A DNA stretch of 64,000 bases, from assembly GCA_965277715.1 (NCBI GenBank), contig OZ255836.1:2208001-2272000 (forward strand), read 5' to 3'. The stretch comes from Gammaproteobacteria bacterium. Lineage in GTDB: Bacteria > Pseudomonadota > Gammaproteobacteria > JBCCGL01. Position numbers and translations under genes: made by a program. The notes beneath the pieces were generated by a model. It was not told the origin of the DNA and made no database searches. It saw only the letters and a list, made by a program, of their open reading frames with translations. Below are positions 40,367 through 50,543 of the stretch, one piece after another (the first letter of the stretch is position 1; every line of letters starts with the position of its first letter).

Positions 40367-42140
40367 TGATCGACAGCAGGGCGGTATCCTTCTGCGCCGC
40401 TGATAATTGCAGGGTGAATGTCATCAGTTCGTCGCGGCGAAATGCCGTTACCTCTACACAGTCACCGACAGTGTGGCGATGCAGGGTATCGCTGAAGTTT
40501 TTTTCCGTGACGCGCACAGCGTCGATAGCCAATAGTGTATCCCCCGCTGACAACCCGGCGCGCTGGGCACTGGAGGGGTTGATAACGTGTGTAACACTTG
40601 CCAGGCCACTGTTAAATGGGCCGGTGTTAAATGCCAGGCGCATACCCTGCGCAAGTGCCGTAGTGCCTACGGTATGGCTGTGATCGTCGCCACGCGTTTC
40701 GGCGGGCGACTTTTGCCAGGTCAGTTCGACGCCTACTTGTGGCAATAGTGTTGCCAGCGGTAGCTCGTCAACACCGCGCACGGCCAGGTCAAAAAAATCA
40801 GTCAGCGCCACTCTGGCTTCACTGGATTCGAGCAGTTCACCGGCCAGTGCCTCAATGCCACACTCGTCAACGCCTGCACCGCGCCCGTGTTTTTGCCATA
40901 GCAGGCGCATCAGGTCGTCCAGTGATTTTGCCCCGCCACTCGCTTTGCGCAAGTGCAGATCCAGTGCCAGGGCGACCAGCGTACCTTTTGCGTAGTAGCT
41001 GACAATAGCGTTCGGTGCATTTTCGTCCTGCTTATAGAACTTGGTCCAGGCGTCGAAGCTCGAATCGCCAACGCTTTGTCGCTGCCGCCCAGGTGTTTGG
41101 GCAATGCGGGTCAGGGTGGCCGACAGGAGTTTAAGGTAGCGCTGGGGCGTGATTAGCCCACAGCGTACCAGCGCCAGGTCATCGTAATAAGAGGTGATAC
41201 CTTCAAATGCCCACAACAGGGTGGTATAGGCTTCGCTATCCAGCGTTGCTGCGGCCAGCCTTTGCGGGCGAATACGGGTGACGTTCCAGGCGTGAAAGTA
41301 CTCATGGCTACACAGGCCGAGAAATTGCAGATAGCCATCGCCTATTGTCGGATCTCCCGCCACCGGCAGGGTATCGCGTGATACCAGCAGGCTGGTGGAG
41401 AATTTATGTTCCAGGCCACCATAGCCATCACCGACCACCATCACTAGAAATACATAGCGGTCAAATGGCGCAGGCTCACCAAAAAAATGGATGTGCTGCG
41501 CGCAGATTTTGCTGAGGTCAGAACAGATACGCGCCGCATCAGTTTTGAAACGGCCACTCAACACCAGTTGGTGTTCAACCCCGCAGGCATCGAAACTGTG
41601 CCGTTCAAAACACCCCATTTCGACAGGGTGGTCGATCAGATCCAGGTAGTTCTGCGCACGATAAACCCCAAAGCCGCTGTGGTTCACTGCCTTTGTCTGC
41701 ATCGAAGTGGCGACCTGCCAACCCGCACCGATAGGCTCATCAGCCGGGTTGATTGTCAGTTCACACGGGCAGGTAGCGTGGCCCTCTGCCAACAAAAACA
41801 CGCTGGTACCATTAAAATAACCGTGGGTGGTGTCCAGGTGTGCAGCGCGCACAGATAAATCCCAGGCATAGACCTGATATACAATATGCAGCGCTCCCTG
41901 TGCGGGGAGGGCACGCCAACGGCATTTATCAATTTTTTCCAGCGCGACCGGGCCTTTGTCGTCGTGCGCGCTGATGGTGACAATATTGCGCGCAAAATCG
42001 CGCATCATATAACTGCCGGGAATCCAGTTGGGCAGCCTCAGCCGTTGGCCTGCGTTGTCTGGCTGGTCGATTCGACAGGTTACCTGAAACAAATGTGCCG
42101 ATGGGTTGAGCGGTGTTATCGAATAAGCAATATACTTCAT
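40314..42140 (-). CDS. M61-family metallopeptidase with PDZ domain
   Basis: LPNWIPGSY, GGLEH, HEYFHAWN, EGITSYY, SYYAKG, C-terminal PDZ. Confidence 0.93.
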   Translation of the reverse strand: MKYIAYSITPLNPSAHLFQVTCRIDQPDNAGQRLRLPNWIPGSYMMRDFARNIVTISAHDDKGPVALEKIDKCRWRALPAQGALHIVYQVYAWDLSVRAAHLDTTHGYFNGTSVFLLAEGHATCPCELTINPADEPIGAGWQVATSMQTKAVNHSGFGVYRAQNYLDLIDHPVEMGCFERHSFDACGVEHQLVLSGRFKTDAARICSDLSKICAQHIHFFGEPAPFDRYVFLVMVVGDGYGGLEHKFSTSLLVSRDTLPVAGDPTIGDGYLQFLGLCSHEYFHAWNVTRIRPQRLAAATLDSEAYTTLLWAFEGITSYYDDLALVRCGLITPQRYLKLLSATLTRIAQTPGRQRQSVGDSSFDAWTKFYKQDENAPNAIVSYYAKGTLVALALDLHLRKASGGAKSLDDLMRLLWQKHGRGAGVDECGIEALAGELLESSEARVALTDFFDLAVRGVDELPLATLLPQVGVELTWQKSPAETRGDDHSHTVGTTALAQGMRLAFNTGPFNSGLASVTHVINPSSAQRAGLSAGDTLLAIDAVRVTEKNFSDTLHRHTVGDCVEVTAFRRDELMTFTLQLSAAQKDTALLSINDKTADRCIDWLGAGSD

Positions 42141-42275
42141 TGTTTGCGCTAAGATCTCGTGCGGGTAGTTACCTTAACCGCAAGCGAATAGAGATAAAAT
42201 AGTGTGGCAGTAATTTTTTAAGTCATATGAGGGCGAATCAGTACCAATGTATAAAACAGCAGGAGCAAACAAACC

Positions 42276-42851
42276 GTGAACGCCATCGACAACCTTCACC
42301 GGCGTACATCAATCCCCGCCAAGTATCTTATCGAGCCTGCGCCAGCGGGTGAAGATTTACAGACGATTCTCACCGCTGCCGTCACCGCCCCAGATCATGC
42401 CGCGCTGCGACCGTGGCGGTTTATTTTTGTCGAGGGTGATGCGCGCCTGGCTCTAGGTGATGTATTCGCCGGGGCGGTAGTCCGCCGTGACGCCAACTCC
42501 ACTCCCGAGCAAATCCAACGACAGCGGGACAAACCCATGCGCTCACCGCTATTGATCGCAATAGTGGCGCGCATCACAGAAAATCACCCCAAAGTGCCCG
42601 TGTTCGAACAACTGCTCTCTGCGGGTGCAGCGGCTGAGCATATGCAGTTGGCGGCGCACGCGCTGGGTTATGGCTCTGTGTGGGTCACTGGCCCTAATGC
42701 TCTCGATGCTTACGTCCGGCAATCGCTTGGTATTCATGCGCCCGATCAACTGATTGGTTTTCTGCATATGGGAACACCCAGCATCCCCACCCCCGCTGTT
42801 AACCGGCCCGATCCTGTGCAGTTTGTCGAACACTGGACAGGACCGGCATAA
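42276..42851 (+). CDS. Nitroreductase (YdjA-like)
   Basis: RRTS, APDH..LRPWRF, GYGSVW.TG. Confidence 0.9.
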   Translation: MNAIDNLHRRTSIPAKYLIEPAPAGEDLQTILTAAVTAPDHAALRPWRFIFVEGDARLALGDVFAGAVVRRDANSTPEQIQRQRDKPMRSPLLIAIVARITENHPKVPVFEQLLSAGAAAEHMQLAAHALGYGSVWVTGPNALDAYVRQSLGIHAPDQLIGFLHMGTPSIPTPAVNRPDPVQFVEHWTGPA

Positions 42852-42853
42852 AA

Positions 42854-43504
42854 ATGTGCACTCACTCATCAATCTGTCGTCGGTTACACTTGTCGACTAT
42901 TTTCTGTCTGGTCGTCGTTTACCTGTTTCCCGCTCAATCCCTGAGCACCGACAACACCTACATCTACCGCGAAGACGATGGCACTGTCTGGTACACCAAT
43001 AAAAAGCCCGTGGGCGTCGAGCGCAGTAAATACAAACTGATTGGCGTATTTGGCCGCTCCACCGCGACCAAATCCTGCGCGGGTATGACACCTGCGCGAA
43101 TGGAGGCCCGCGCCAGGCAATACGCTGACGATATAAACCGCTACGCCAGAAAGTACAACGTCAGCCGGTTTTTGGTGAAGGCGATAATCTCGGTCGAATC
43201 CTGTTTTGACGCACGCGCCATCTCCCGCGCCGGTGCCAAGGGCCTGATGCAGCTCATGCCCCTCACCGCTAAGCATCTGGGGGTGGGCAATCCGTTTAAC
43301 TACCAACAAAATATTCATGGCGGGGTGCGCTACTTCAGCGAGCTGCAGCGGCGCTTTAACTACAACAACACCCTGGCCCTGGCCGCCTACAACGCCGGGC
43401 CAACGGCGGTGGAAAAGTACCAGGCTATTCCCCCGTACCGGGAAACCCAAAACTACGTGAAGCGGGTGATGAAAAAATACCGTGAATATTTATCGGCAGG
43501 TTGA
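42854..43504 (+). CDS. Lytic transglycosylase (SLT domain)
   Basis: VES, GAKGLMQLMP.TA, AAYNAGP, PPYRETQNYV. Confidence 0.9.
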   Translation: MCTHSSICRRLHLSTIFCLVVVYLFPAQSLSTDNTYIYREDDGTVWYTNKKPVGVERSKYKLIGVFGRSTATKSCAGMTPARMEARARQYADDINRYARKYNVSRFLVKAIISVESCFDARAISRAGAKGLMQLMPLTAKHLGVGNPFNYQQNIHGGVRYFSELQRRFNYNNTLALAAYNAGPTAVEKYQAIPPYRETQNYVKRVMKKYREYLSAG

Positions 43505-43587
43505 TTGTTTTAAGGGATTGCATAACACAGGCAAAAATGCTCTATTAGCGCCTAAATCCCGTAGCCCAGAACAGAGGATCTTACCTT

Positions 43588-44169
43588 ATGCAAAAGGTTA
43601 GTTTTATCAACATGAGTGAAGGTACCGCCGAGGAATATGCCTTCCTGAACGAGCTGGAACACGCCTACGTCGAGAAACTGCCAGACCGATTAATCGCCAC
43701 GCTGAAAAAAATGGATGACACCCTGAGCGGTTACCAGGTCGACCGGCTGGAACACTCACTGCAATCGGCGACCTACGCACTGCGCGCCAACGAACCAACC
43801 GAGATGGTGGTCGCCGCCCTGTTACATGATATCGGGGATGAACTGGCACCGCATTCACACAGCGAATATGCTGCGGCGGTATTGCGCCCTTATGTCTCAG
43901 AAAAAACCTGGTGGATTGTCAAACACCACGGCCTATTTCAAATGTATTACTACGCCCACCATCTCGGCGGCGACCGCCATGCGCGGGACAGACACAAAGA
44001 CCACCCCTGGTACCAGGATGCGATTCACTTTGTTGAACATTATGATCAAAACTGCTTCGACCCCAATTTCGACACCGAACCACTGGCAACCTTTGAGCCG
44101 ATGTTGCGCGAGGTGTTTGCCAGCCCGCGTGTTGATGATGTCGAGCAGCAGGTGCGGTATGGGACATGA
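43588..44169 (+). CDS. HD-domain metalloprotein (PhnZ/TmpB-like)
   Basis: RLEHSLQSAT, VVAALLHDIG, H..YAA, VKHHG, terminal YDQ. Confidence 0.8.
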   Translation: MQKVSFINMSEGTAEEYAFLNELEHAYVEKLPDRLIATLKKMDDTLSGYQVDRLEHSLQSATYALRANEPTEMVVAALLHDIGDELAPHSHSEYAAAVLRPYVSEKTWWIVKHHGLFQMYYYAHHLGGDRHARDRHKDHPWYQDAIHFVEHYDQNCFDPNFDTEPLATFEPMLREVFASPRVDDVEQQVRYGT

Positions 44170-44221
44170 TGAACCTCAATCTCTGGCCGCCTTTAGGTAG
44201 CCTTTAAGAAAAACACCTATA

Positions 44222-44848
44222 CTATGCGTTGTTTTGTGCCGCCTCCTCGCCAGCTAATTCTGCCTCCTCCTCTTTCTTTGCCAGATAATCGCGTACATCT
44301 TCGTTTTGAACACGGTGGTATATCGCCTCGACTGACACAGTGAGACCAATAGAACCCAAGGTGATTTCATCCCCCATATAATAACGTTTCGACTGCCAGC
44401 CCTCACTACGTCGCACAACTTCAATATCCACAACATCCTGCTCAATGAGCACATATTCCTGCAAGGTGGGAATACGGAGATATTGCTGGCGTTTGATTGT
44501 TTCATCGGTTCTGCGCGTTGATTTTGATAAGACCTCAACGACGATTACCGGTGAGTCCGTATAGTAATCATTATCGCTCTTGTCATCACAAACCACGGTT
44601 ACATCGGGATAAAAAAAGTCACTCTCTACCCTGACTTTCATATCTGAGCCAAAGGGTTCACAGGGAGAGCCTTCAAGATGATTGCCAATCTTACGGTACA
44701 GATTACCTGAAATTCGTTCATGGTTTTTACTGGCGCCTGCCATTGCATAGGCATAGCCACCAACCAACTCATACCTAAAATCACTGGCCAACTCGCCCTG
44801 TAGGTATTCATCAGGGGATATCCCGTCTATTTTTTGTGCAACTGACAT
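44222..44848 (-). CDS. Uma2-family endonuclease
   Basis: YELVGG..YAMAGAS..H, YPDV.V.CD, VEVLS.ST...D, EYVLIEQD. Confidence 0.92.
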   Translation of the reverse strand: MSVAQKIDGISPDEYLQGELASDFRYELVGGYAYAMAGASKNHERISGNLYRKIGNHLEGSPCEPFGSDMKVRVESDFFYPDVTVVCDDKSDNDYYTDSPVIVVEVLSKSTRRTDETIKRQQYLRIPTLQEYVLIEQDVVDIEVVRRSEGWQSKRYYMGDEITLGSIGLTVSVEAIYHRVQNEDVRDYLAKKEEEAELAGEEAAQNNA

Positions 44849-45021
44849 ACTATTTCTCCAAAATCGGTGATGTAGCCTCTATCTACTAATTTTACGTTAA
44901 AGTCGCGTTTCATGGTTAATAGCCAGCAATTCCCACTGAGTGGGTAAAGCTAGTACACCGTCTACCTTATATTGGTCCATGCATGAGGAAACCTATAGGT
45001 ATCGAAGTCAACTTATTGAAG

Positions 45022-45114
45022 CTAAGGGTTAAGGGACTCAACCCAATGCAAAAAACACGTCGTGAACTGGTTTGGATCAATTCGGGAAAATACACGGTTG
45101 AAAGTATCGTGTGG
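45022..45114 (-). pseudogene. ISAs1-family transposase remnant
   Basis: PHDTFNRVFSRIDPNQFTTCFLHWVESL matches the ISAs1 motif PSHDTF.RVF..LDP..F...F..W. Confidence 0.75.
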
Positions 45115-45158
45115 TAGATAAATGACGATAAAGGCTATTGTGCCTTGTCGGACAGATT

Positions 45159-46631
45159 TCAAACAGAAAACCCACCCAACTTGGTTTCCAAATACTCCTG
45201 CATTCCAGCGCGGGCACCTTCACGCCCAAGACCACTCTCTTTCATCCCCCCAAACGGTGCCGCCGCACTGGTTGGGTTGATGTCATTGATACCGATCAAA
45301 CCAAAATTCAACCCCTCAAACAGGCGCATCGCCCGCGAGAGGTTTTGCGTATACACATAAGCCGCCAACCCATAGTGAGTATCGTTGGCCATTGCCAACA
45401 CATCATCCTGATCATCAAACGGAATCACCGCCGCCACCGGGCCGAAGGTTTCCTCGCGATAGATCAGCATCTCCTGGGTAACATCACTCAACAACGTCGG
45501 TGCATAGAAAAACCCCGCCTGCAAATCTGCATCACTCAAGCGCTCGCCACCCCGATGCAAAATGGCTCCTTTGCCCAGTGCATCGCGCACCTGGTTATCA
45601 ACCTTGTCAATCGCCGCCTGGTTCACCAGTGGCCCAATGCTGACGCCAGGCTGCATACCGTCACCCGCACGCAGCCCGGCGATACGTTGATTCAGCGTCT
45701 CGACAAACGGCCCGACAATCGACCGGTGAACAAAGAGCCGGTTTGGGCTGATGCAGGCCTGCCCGGTATTGAGAAACTTCACCATCGCCGCGCCTTTGGC
45801 GGCGTGCACCGGGTCGGCGTCTTCGCAGACGATAAACGGTGCGTGCCCACCCAACTCCATCGACACCCGCTTGAGTTGTGGTGCGGCATCCTGCGCCAGT
45901 TTTTTGCCCACCGCCGTCGAGCCGGTAAAGGTCAGTTTTCTCACCCGCCGGTTAGTGCAAAATTCATCACCGATTTCACTGGGGTTCTCCGCCGTGATCA
46001 AATTGACAACCCCCGCAGGCAGGCCCGCCTCAACCAATAATTCAAAGGCAGCAATGGCGCACAGCGGCGTAGCTTCGGCCGGTTTGAGGACGACAGTACA
46101 CCCCGCTGCAAGCGCGGGCGCCAGTTTGCGGGTCAGCATGGAAATGGGGTAATTCCAGGGGGTGATTGCGGCGACAACCCCCACCGCCTGGTGCTGCACA
46201 ATAAAACGCTGATCGGCGCGTGCCGAGGGGATGGTTTCACCGTACAGGCGCTTGGCCTCCTCGGCGTACCACAACAAAAAGTCTGCCGCGTATTGCACTT
46301 CACCCAGCGAGGCTTTGAGCGGCTTGCCCTGCTCACGTGTCATCAACTCGGCCAGTGTTTGTTTGCGTGCCAGCATCAATTGATAAGCGCGGTATAAATA
46401 CGCTGAACGCTGGTATGCGGTGAGAGTACTCCAATCGGCAAAGGCGTTATGTGCCGCTTCAATCGCCTGCCTTGCGTGCTCACGTGTACCGTTGGCCACC
46501 TGCCCGATGATCTCGCCGGTCGCGGGGTTAATAACATCAAACGTCGCTTCGGTTGTTAACCATTCACCATTGATATACATTCGACTTGCCTTGCTATTGG
46601 TAAAATAATCGTGCAGTTTACCGTTACCCAA
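45159..46631 (-). CDS. gabD: NAD(P)-dependent succinate-semialdehyde dehydrogenase
   Basis: ITPWNYP, KPAEATP, FTGST.VGK, MELGG, GQAC, EETFGP, PFGGMKESG. Confidence 0.85.
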   Translation of the reverse strand: MGNGKLHDYFTNSKASRMYINGEWLTTEATFDVINPATGEIIGQVANGTREHARQAIEAAHNAFADWSTLTAYQRSAYLYRAYQLMLARKQTLAELMTREQGKPLKASLGEVQYAADFLLWYAEEAKRLYGETIPSARADQRFIVQHQAVGVVAAITPWNYPISMLTRKLAPALAAGCTVVLKPAEATPLCAIAAFELLVEAGLPAGVVNLITAENPSEIGDEFCTNRRVRKLTFTGSTAVGKKLAQDAAPQLKRVSMELGGHAPFIVCEDADPVHAAKGAAMVKFLNTGQACISPNRLFVHRSIVGPFVETLNQRIAGLRAGDGMQPGVSIGPLVNQAAIDKVDNQVRDALGKGAILHRGGERLSDADLQAGFFYAPTLLSDVTQEMLIYREETFGPVAAVIPFDDQDDVLAMANDTHYGLAAYVYTQNLSRAMRLFEGLNFGLIGINDINPTSAAAPFGGMKESGLGREGARAGMQEYLETKLGGFSV

Positions 46632-46769
46632 TTAAGAATCCAAAGAGGCGCTATATAATTATTGGGGATACGAAACAAACGGTATACACGCTTGTCTCAT
46701 CTAAAGCCCATACAACTGCAGGGCTGACAATCAAGATTTAATAACCAGAACTTTGAAGAGGAAGTAACT

Positions 46770-47201
46770 ATGAAATATATCTCTCAAGCACTCTACGCTG
46801 GATCAGTATTGGCACTGATTAGCGCAAGTGTTGCCGCCGAAGGATTGCCGCGCACCGAATCACCTGCCGGTGCAGTGGCGTATATTGTCTCACCTGTCGA
46901 TGGTGCCACTGTTGATGAAACTTTCACCGTTGTCTTTGGTTTAAAGGGCATGGGTGTCGCCCCGGCAGGCACTGAAAAAGCCAATACCGGGCACCACCAC
47001 CTGCTGATCGACAGCGATACCCTGCCCCCCGAAGACCTACCGATGGGCGCTCAGGTAACGCATTTTGGCGGTGGCCAAACTGAACAGACGCTGACACTAC
47101 CACCGGGCCAGCACACGTTGCAGTTGATACTGGGTGACAAATTTCATATCCCCCATAACCCCCCCGTTATTTCAGAACAAATTACCATTACCGTAGAATA
47201 G
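46770..47201 (+). CDS. DUF4399-domain secreted protein
   Basis: Signal peptide, FGLKGMGVAPAG, GHHHLLID, HFGGGQTE, GQHTLQL. Confidence 0.85.
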   Translation: MKYISQALYAGSVLALISASVAAEGLPRTESPAGAVAYIVSPVDGATVDETFTVVFGLKGMGVAPAGTEKANTGHHHLLIDSDTLPPEDLPMGAQVTHFGGGQTEQTLTLPPGQHTLQLILGDKFHIPHNPPVISEQITITVE

Positions 47202-47211
47202 CCATTACCAC

Positions 47212-47239
47212 TGCGGCGGTGCCCGGTGGCACCGCCGCA
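47212..47239 (+). terminator. GC-rich hairpin after the DUF4399 gene
   Basis: TGCGGCGGTGCC-cggt-GGCACCGCCGCA; no U-tract. Confidence 0.45.
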
Positions 47240-47308
47240 ACCCGGTGGCTGATAGCCGCCGAAGCCGGGTATAATCGTGCGCTTTAATCAACCAGATAAG
47301 CGCACACC

Positions 47309-48976
47309 ATGCCTGACGAAACACCCTCCACCGCCACGCACTTTATTCGCCAGATGATCGCCAGTGACGTTGCCGCGAATAAAAACAACGGCAAAGTACT
47401 GACCCGCTTTCCCCCTGAACCCAACGGTTATTTACACATAGGGCACGCTAAATCGATGGTGCTCAATTTTGGGGTTGCCGCCGAGTTTGGCGGCGCCTGT
47501 AATTTGCGCTTTGATGACAGCAACCCGGATAAGGAAAGCGTCGAGTACGTCGATGCGATTCGCACCGATGTGGAATGGCTGGGCTACTCGTGGCAGCAAC
47601 AATGCTACGCCTCAGATTACTACGATCAGTTGTACGCCTACGCAGTGCAGCTAATTAAAATGGGCAAGGCGTATGTCGACAGTCTGTCTGCCGAGGAAAT
47701 TCGTCAGTACCGTGGCTCCCTCACCGAGCCGGGTAAAAACAGCCCCTACCGCGAACGCACGGTGGCAGAAAACCTCGACCTGTTCGAGAGTATGAAAAAC
47801 GGTGAATACGAAGAGGGTGAGCACATTCTGCGCGCTAAGATTGATATGAGCTCAGGCAATATCAACCTGCGTGATCCTGGCCTATACCGGATCAAAAAAT
47901 CCCACCACTACCGCACCGGTGATCAATGGTGTATCTACCCGATGTACGACTACACACACTGTTTATCAGACGCGATAGAAGGCATTACCCATTCGTTGTG
48001 CACACTCGAATTTGAAGACCACCGCCCCCTGTACAACTGGGTATTGGAGACCCTGACCGACGCGCCACGGCCAGAACAGACGGAGTTCTCACGCCTCAAT
48101 CTGGAATACACCGTGCTCTCCAAGCGCAAACTGATCCAGTTGGTACAGGGGGGATATGTCGATGGCTGGGATGATCCGCGTATGCCCAGTATTTCCGGTA
48201 TCCGCCGACGCGGCTTTCCACCCGCTGCGGTGCGCGAATTTTGCGCACGAATCGGCATCACCAAAAAGGATGCCTGGATTGAAATGGCTGTATTGGAAAA
48301 TTGCGTGCGCGACAACCTCAATGAAAATGCGCCACGGCGCATGGCGGTACTCGATCCCCTGCGCGTCGTGATTGGCAACTACCCGGTGGGTGAAAGTGAA
48401 ACCCTCAACGTCGACAACCACCCACAGCAGCCAGAAATGGGCCAGCGAACACTCACCTTTGACCGGGTAATTTTTATCGAACAAGAGGATTTTGCCCAGA
48501 TTCCCCCACCGAGATTTAAACGCCTGATTGCCGGGGGTGAGGTGCGCCTGCGCAATAGCTATGTAATTAAGTGCGATGCGGTGATCAGTGATGACAATGG
48601 CAATATTACCGAACTACACTGCACCGCCGATCTCGATACACTAGGCAAAAAGCCTGAAGGGCGCAAGGTTAAGGGCGTTATCCACTGGGTTTCAGCGGCG
48701 CATTCCCTGCCCGCTGAAATACGCCTTTACGATACGCTGTTTACACTGCCTAACCCGGCCAGCGCGGCCAGCCTTGGCGAGTCGATCAACCCAGACTCGC
48801 TGCACACCCTGCACAGCGCACGGGTTGAAGCCAGCCTACAGAAAGCAGTAGTGGGTGATGTTTTCCAGTTTGAGCGGCAGGGGTATTTTGCACTCGACCC
48901 CGATACCCGCAGCGAAAAAGCCGTTTTTAACCGCACGGTGACGCTGCGCGATACCTGGGCGGGCAGGGGAAAATGA
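47309..48976 (+). CDS. glnS: Glutamine--tRNA ligase
   Basis: [37 protein letters not shown]. Confidence 0.98.
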   Translation: MPDETPSTATHFIRQMIASDVAANKNNGKVLTRFPPEPNGYLHIGHAKSMVLNFGVAAEFGGACNLRFDDSNPDKESVEYVDAIRTDVEWLGYSWQQQCYASDYYDQLYAYAVQLIKMGKAYVDSLSAEEIRQYRGSLTEPGKNSPYRERTVAENLDLFESMKNGEYEEGEHILRAKIDMSSGNINLRDPGLYRIKKSHHYRTGDQWCIYPMYDYTHCLSDAIEGITHSLCTLEFEDHRPLYNWVLETLTDAPRPEQTEFSRLNLEYTVLSKRKLIQLVQGGYVDGWDDPRMPSISGIRRRGFPPAAVREFCARIGITKKDAWIEMAVLENCVRDNLNENAPRRMAVLDPLRVVIGNYPVGESETLNVDNHPQQPEMGQRTLTFDRVIFIEQEDFAQIPPPRFKRLIAGGEVRLRNSYVIKCDAVISDDNGNITELHCTADLDTLGKKPEGRKVKGVIHWVSAAHSLPAEIRLYDTLFTLPNPASAASLGESINPDSLHTLHSARVEASLQKAVVGDVFQFERQGYFALDPDTRSEKAVFNRTVTLRDTWAGRGK

Positions 48977-49150
48977 TAAAAATAACTTGCATATAAGCAG
49001 CTTACGCGCTTATATGCGCGACTTTACCCAGAGTCTGCCCTGACATGTTATCGCTACGCTTGTGCCTCACATTCTCTGCCTGCCGGGAAAATAACACCCT
49101 ACCCCGCAGACACACTGACAGGTCTGTTGACAGGCCTTAGCCTGGCAAAC

Positions 49151-50167
49151 ATGACCATGCCGATAAGCGATGAAAATTTCGGTGTATTTGCAGGCCCTGC
49201 AGAACGCCGTATTGGTTTTTTTCTCGCCCCCACGTTCGCCATGCTACCCTTTATCGCCGCGATAGAAACCTTGCGTGTGGCTAACCGCTTTAGCGGTAAA
49301 CCACTGTATAGCTGGCATATTTTTTCTATCGACGGCAAGCCGGTGCAAGCCTCTAACGGCATGTTACAGCCAGCAGAATCAGCCATCACGGATATCGATA
49401 CCTTTCCTATGATCATCGTCTGTGGTGCACACACACCGCACTATTACAAAGAGCCCCGCACGTTTCAATGGCTGCGCTCGCTGGCATCTAAAGGCGCCGT
49501 AGTCGGTGCGGTTGATACTGGCAGCTATATGCTGGCACAAGCGGGCCTACTGAAAGACCACCGCTGTACCATTCACTGGCTGAATATTCCCGGTTTCAAG
49601 GCGGCGTTTCCGAAATTAATTGTCACCACAAAGCTCTTTGAAGTCGACCGTGGCCGCCACACCTGCGCTGGTGGCAGCGCCGCCATGGATATGGTGTTGA
49701 ACATGATCGAAGAACAGCACAGCCTCGACCTGGCCGTGGCGATCTCTGAAAACTTTATCATCGACCACATCCGCCAGTCCGGCCAGGCACAACGCATGAA
49801 CCTGCGCGAGCGCACCGGCATTTCCAACCGCCACTTACTGGAATGCATCGAATTAATGGAGGCCAACACCGAACAGCCACTCATGCCTTCAGAACTATCC
49901 CGCGTCATTGGCATCTCCAAGCGCCAACTAGAGCGCTTATTTCAGCGCTACCTGGGCTGCACCCCCAGTGGCTACTACACCGAACTGCGCCTCTGTGAAG
50001 GCAGGCGTTTACTCACCCAAACCAGCCTAAAAATCACCGACATCGCCCTCGCCTGCGGCTTCCCCTCGCCGGGCTATTTCAGCAACCGCTACCGCAGCCT
50101 GTTTGGCTACTCGCCCAGAGAAGAACGGGCGACAGCCTACTCCTCGGTCAAGCGCATCAACTTGTAG
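49151..50167 (+). CDS. GlxA-family (GATase-like + AraC HTH) transcriptional regulator
   Basis: ETLRVANR, CTIHW, TCAGG.AAMD, SKRQLERLF, IALACGF. Confidence 0.92.
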   Translation: MTMPISDENFGVFAGPAERRIGFFLAPTFAMLPFIAAIETLRVANRFSGKPLYSWHIFSIDGKPVQASNGMLQPAESAITDIDTFPMIIVCGAHTPHYYKEPRTFQWLRSLASKGAVVGAVDTGSYMLAQAGLLKDHRCTIHWLNIPGFKAAFPKLIVTTKLFEVDRGRHTCAGGSAAMDMVLNMIEEQHSLDLAVAISENFIIDHIRQSGQAQRMNLRERTGISNRHLLECIELMEANTEQPLMPSELSRVIGISKRQLERLFQRYLGCTPSGYYTELRLCEGRRLLTQTSLKITDIALACGFPSPGYFSNRYRSLFGYSPREERATAYSSVKRINL

Positions 50168-50180
50168 GCCCGATAACTTG

Positions 50181-50254
50181 GCTGAAATGCTGGTAAAAGC
50201 GCTTTAGATTCTGTGCATTAGGTGCTCGCAGTAGATTCAACTGAGGAATTTAGG
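50181..50254. mobile_element. Right part of the 175-bp MITE
   Basis: GCTGAAATGCTGGTAAAAGCGCTTTAGATTC...GATTCAACTGAGGAATTTAGG. Confidence 0.9.
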
Positions 50255-50339
50255 TTTAAAGTGGAAACTATTTCTCGCACGTTTCTTATCTCACTTTTAT
50301 CAATCTTTGTATTTATTTATGGTGCTGTAGGTATGGTGC

Positions 50340-50438
50340 TATAGGGGCTTCGTTCGCGAAGCGTAGGTGTTTTTCTCCACTGTATACAGTGCGAAGAGTA
50401 AAGAAAAACACCAAAATATCGCGAGCGAAACCCCATAT
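50340..50438. repeat. About 100-bp long-hairpin element
   Basis: GGGGCTTCGTTCGCGA/TCGCGAGCGAAACCCC outer stem, GGTGTTTTT/AAAAACACC inner stem, central ACTGTATACAGT palindrome. Confidence 0.6.
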
Positions 50439-50452
50439 ACCCTCACCACCAA

Positions 50453-50479
50453 TGTCGCAACCATACAAGGAAGCGTCGC
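50453..50479 (+). promoter_or_regulatory. Putative GlxA/ArgR-type direct-repeat operator
   Basis: TGTCGC-N8-AA-N5-CGTCGC, 65-90 bp upstream of the methyltransferase ATG. Confidence 0.6.
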
Positions 50480-50543
50480 TAAAAAACCGGCACTAACAAC
50501 ACTCCACCCCCGATACTCCTGCGCTTCTGTGGAGATCAAACCG

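Noticed and set aside
45138-46040. 300-aa plus-strand ORF
   Set aside because: Antisense shadow of gabD; the same applies to the many short overlapping ORFs on polA, pepN, gorA and trpD
48989-49017. Palindrome GCATATAAGC-N9-GCTTATATGC as a specific operator
   Set aside because: Could equally be a glnS 3' hairpin; it matches no motif I can name
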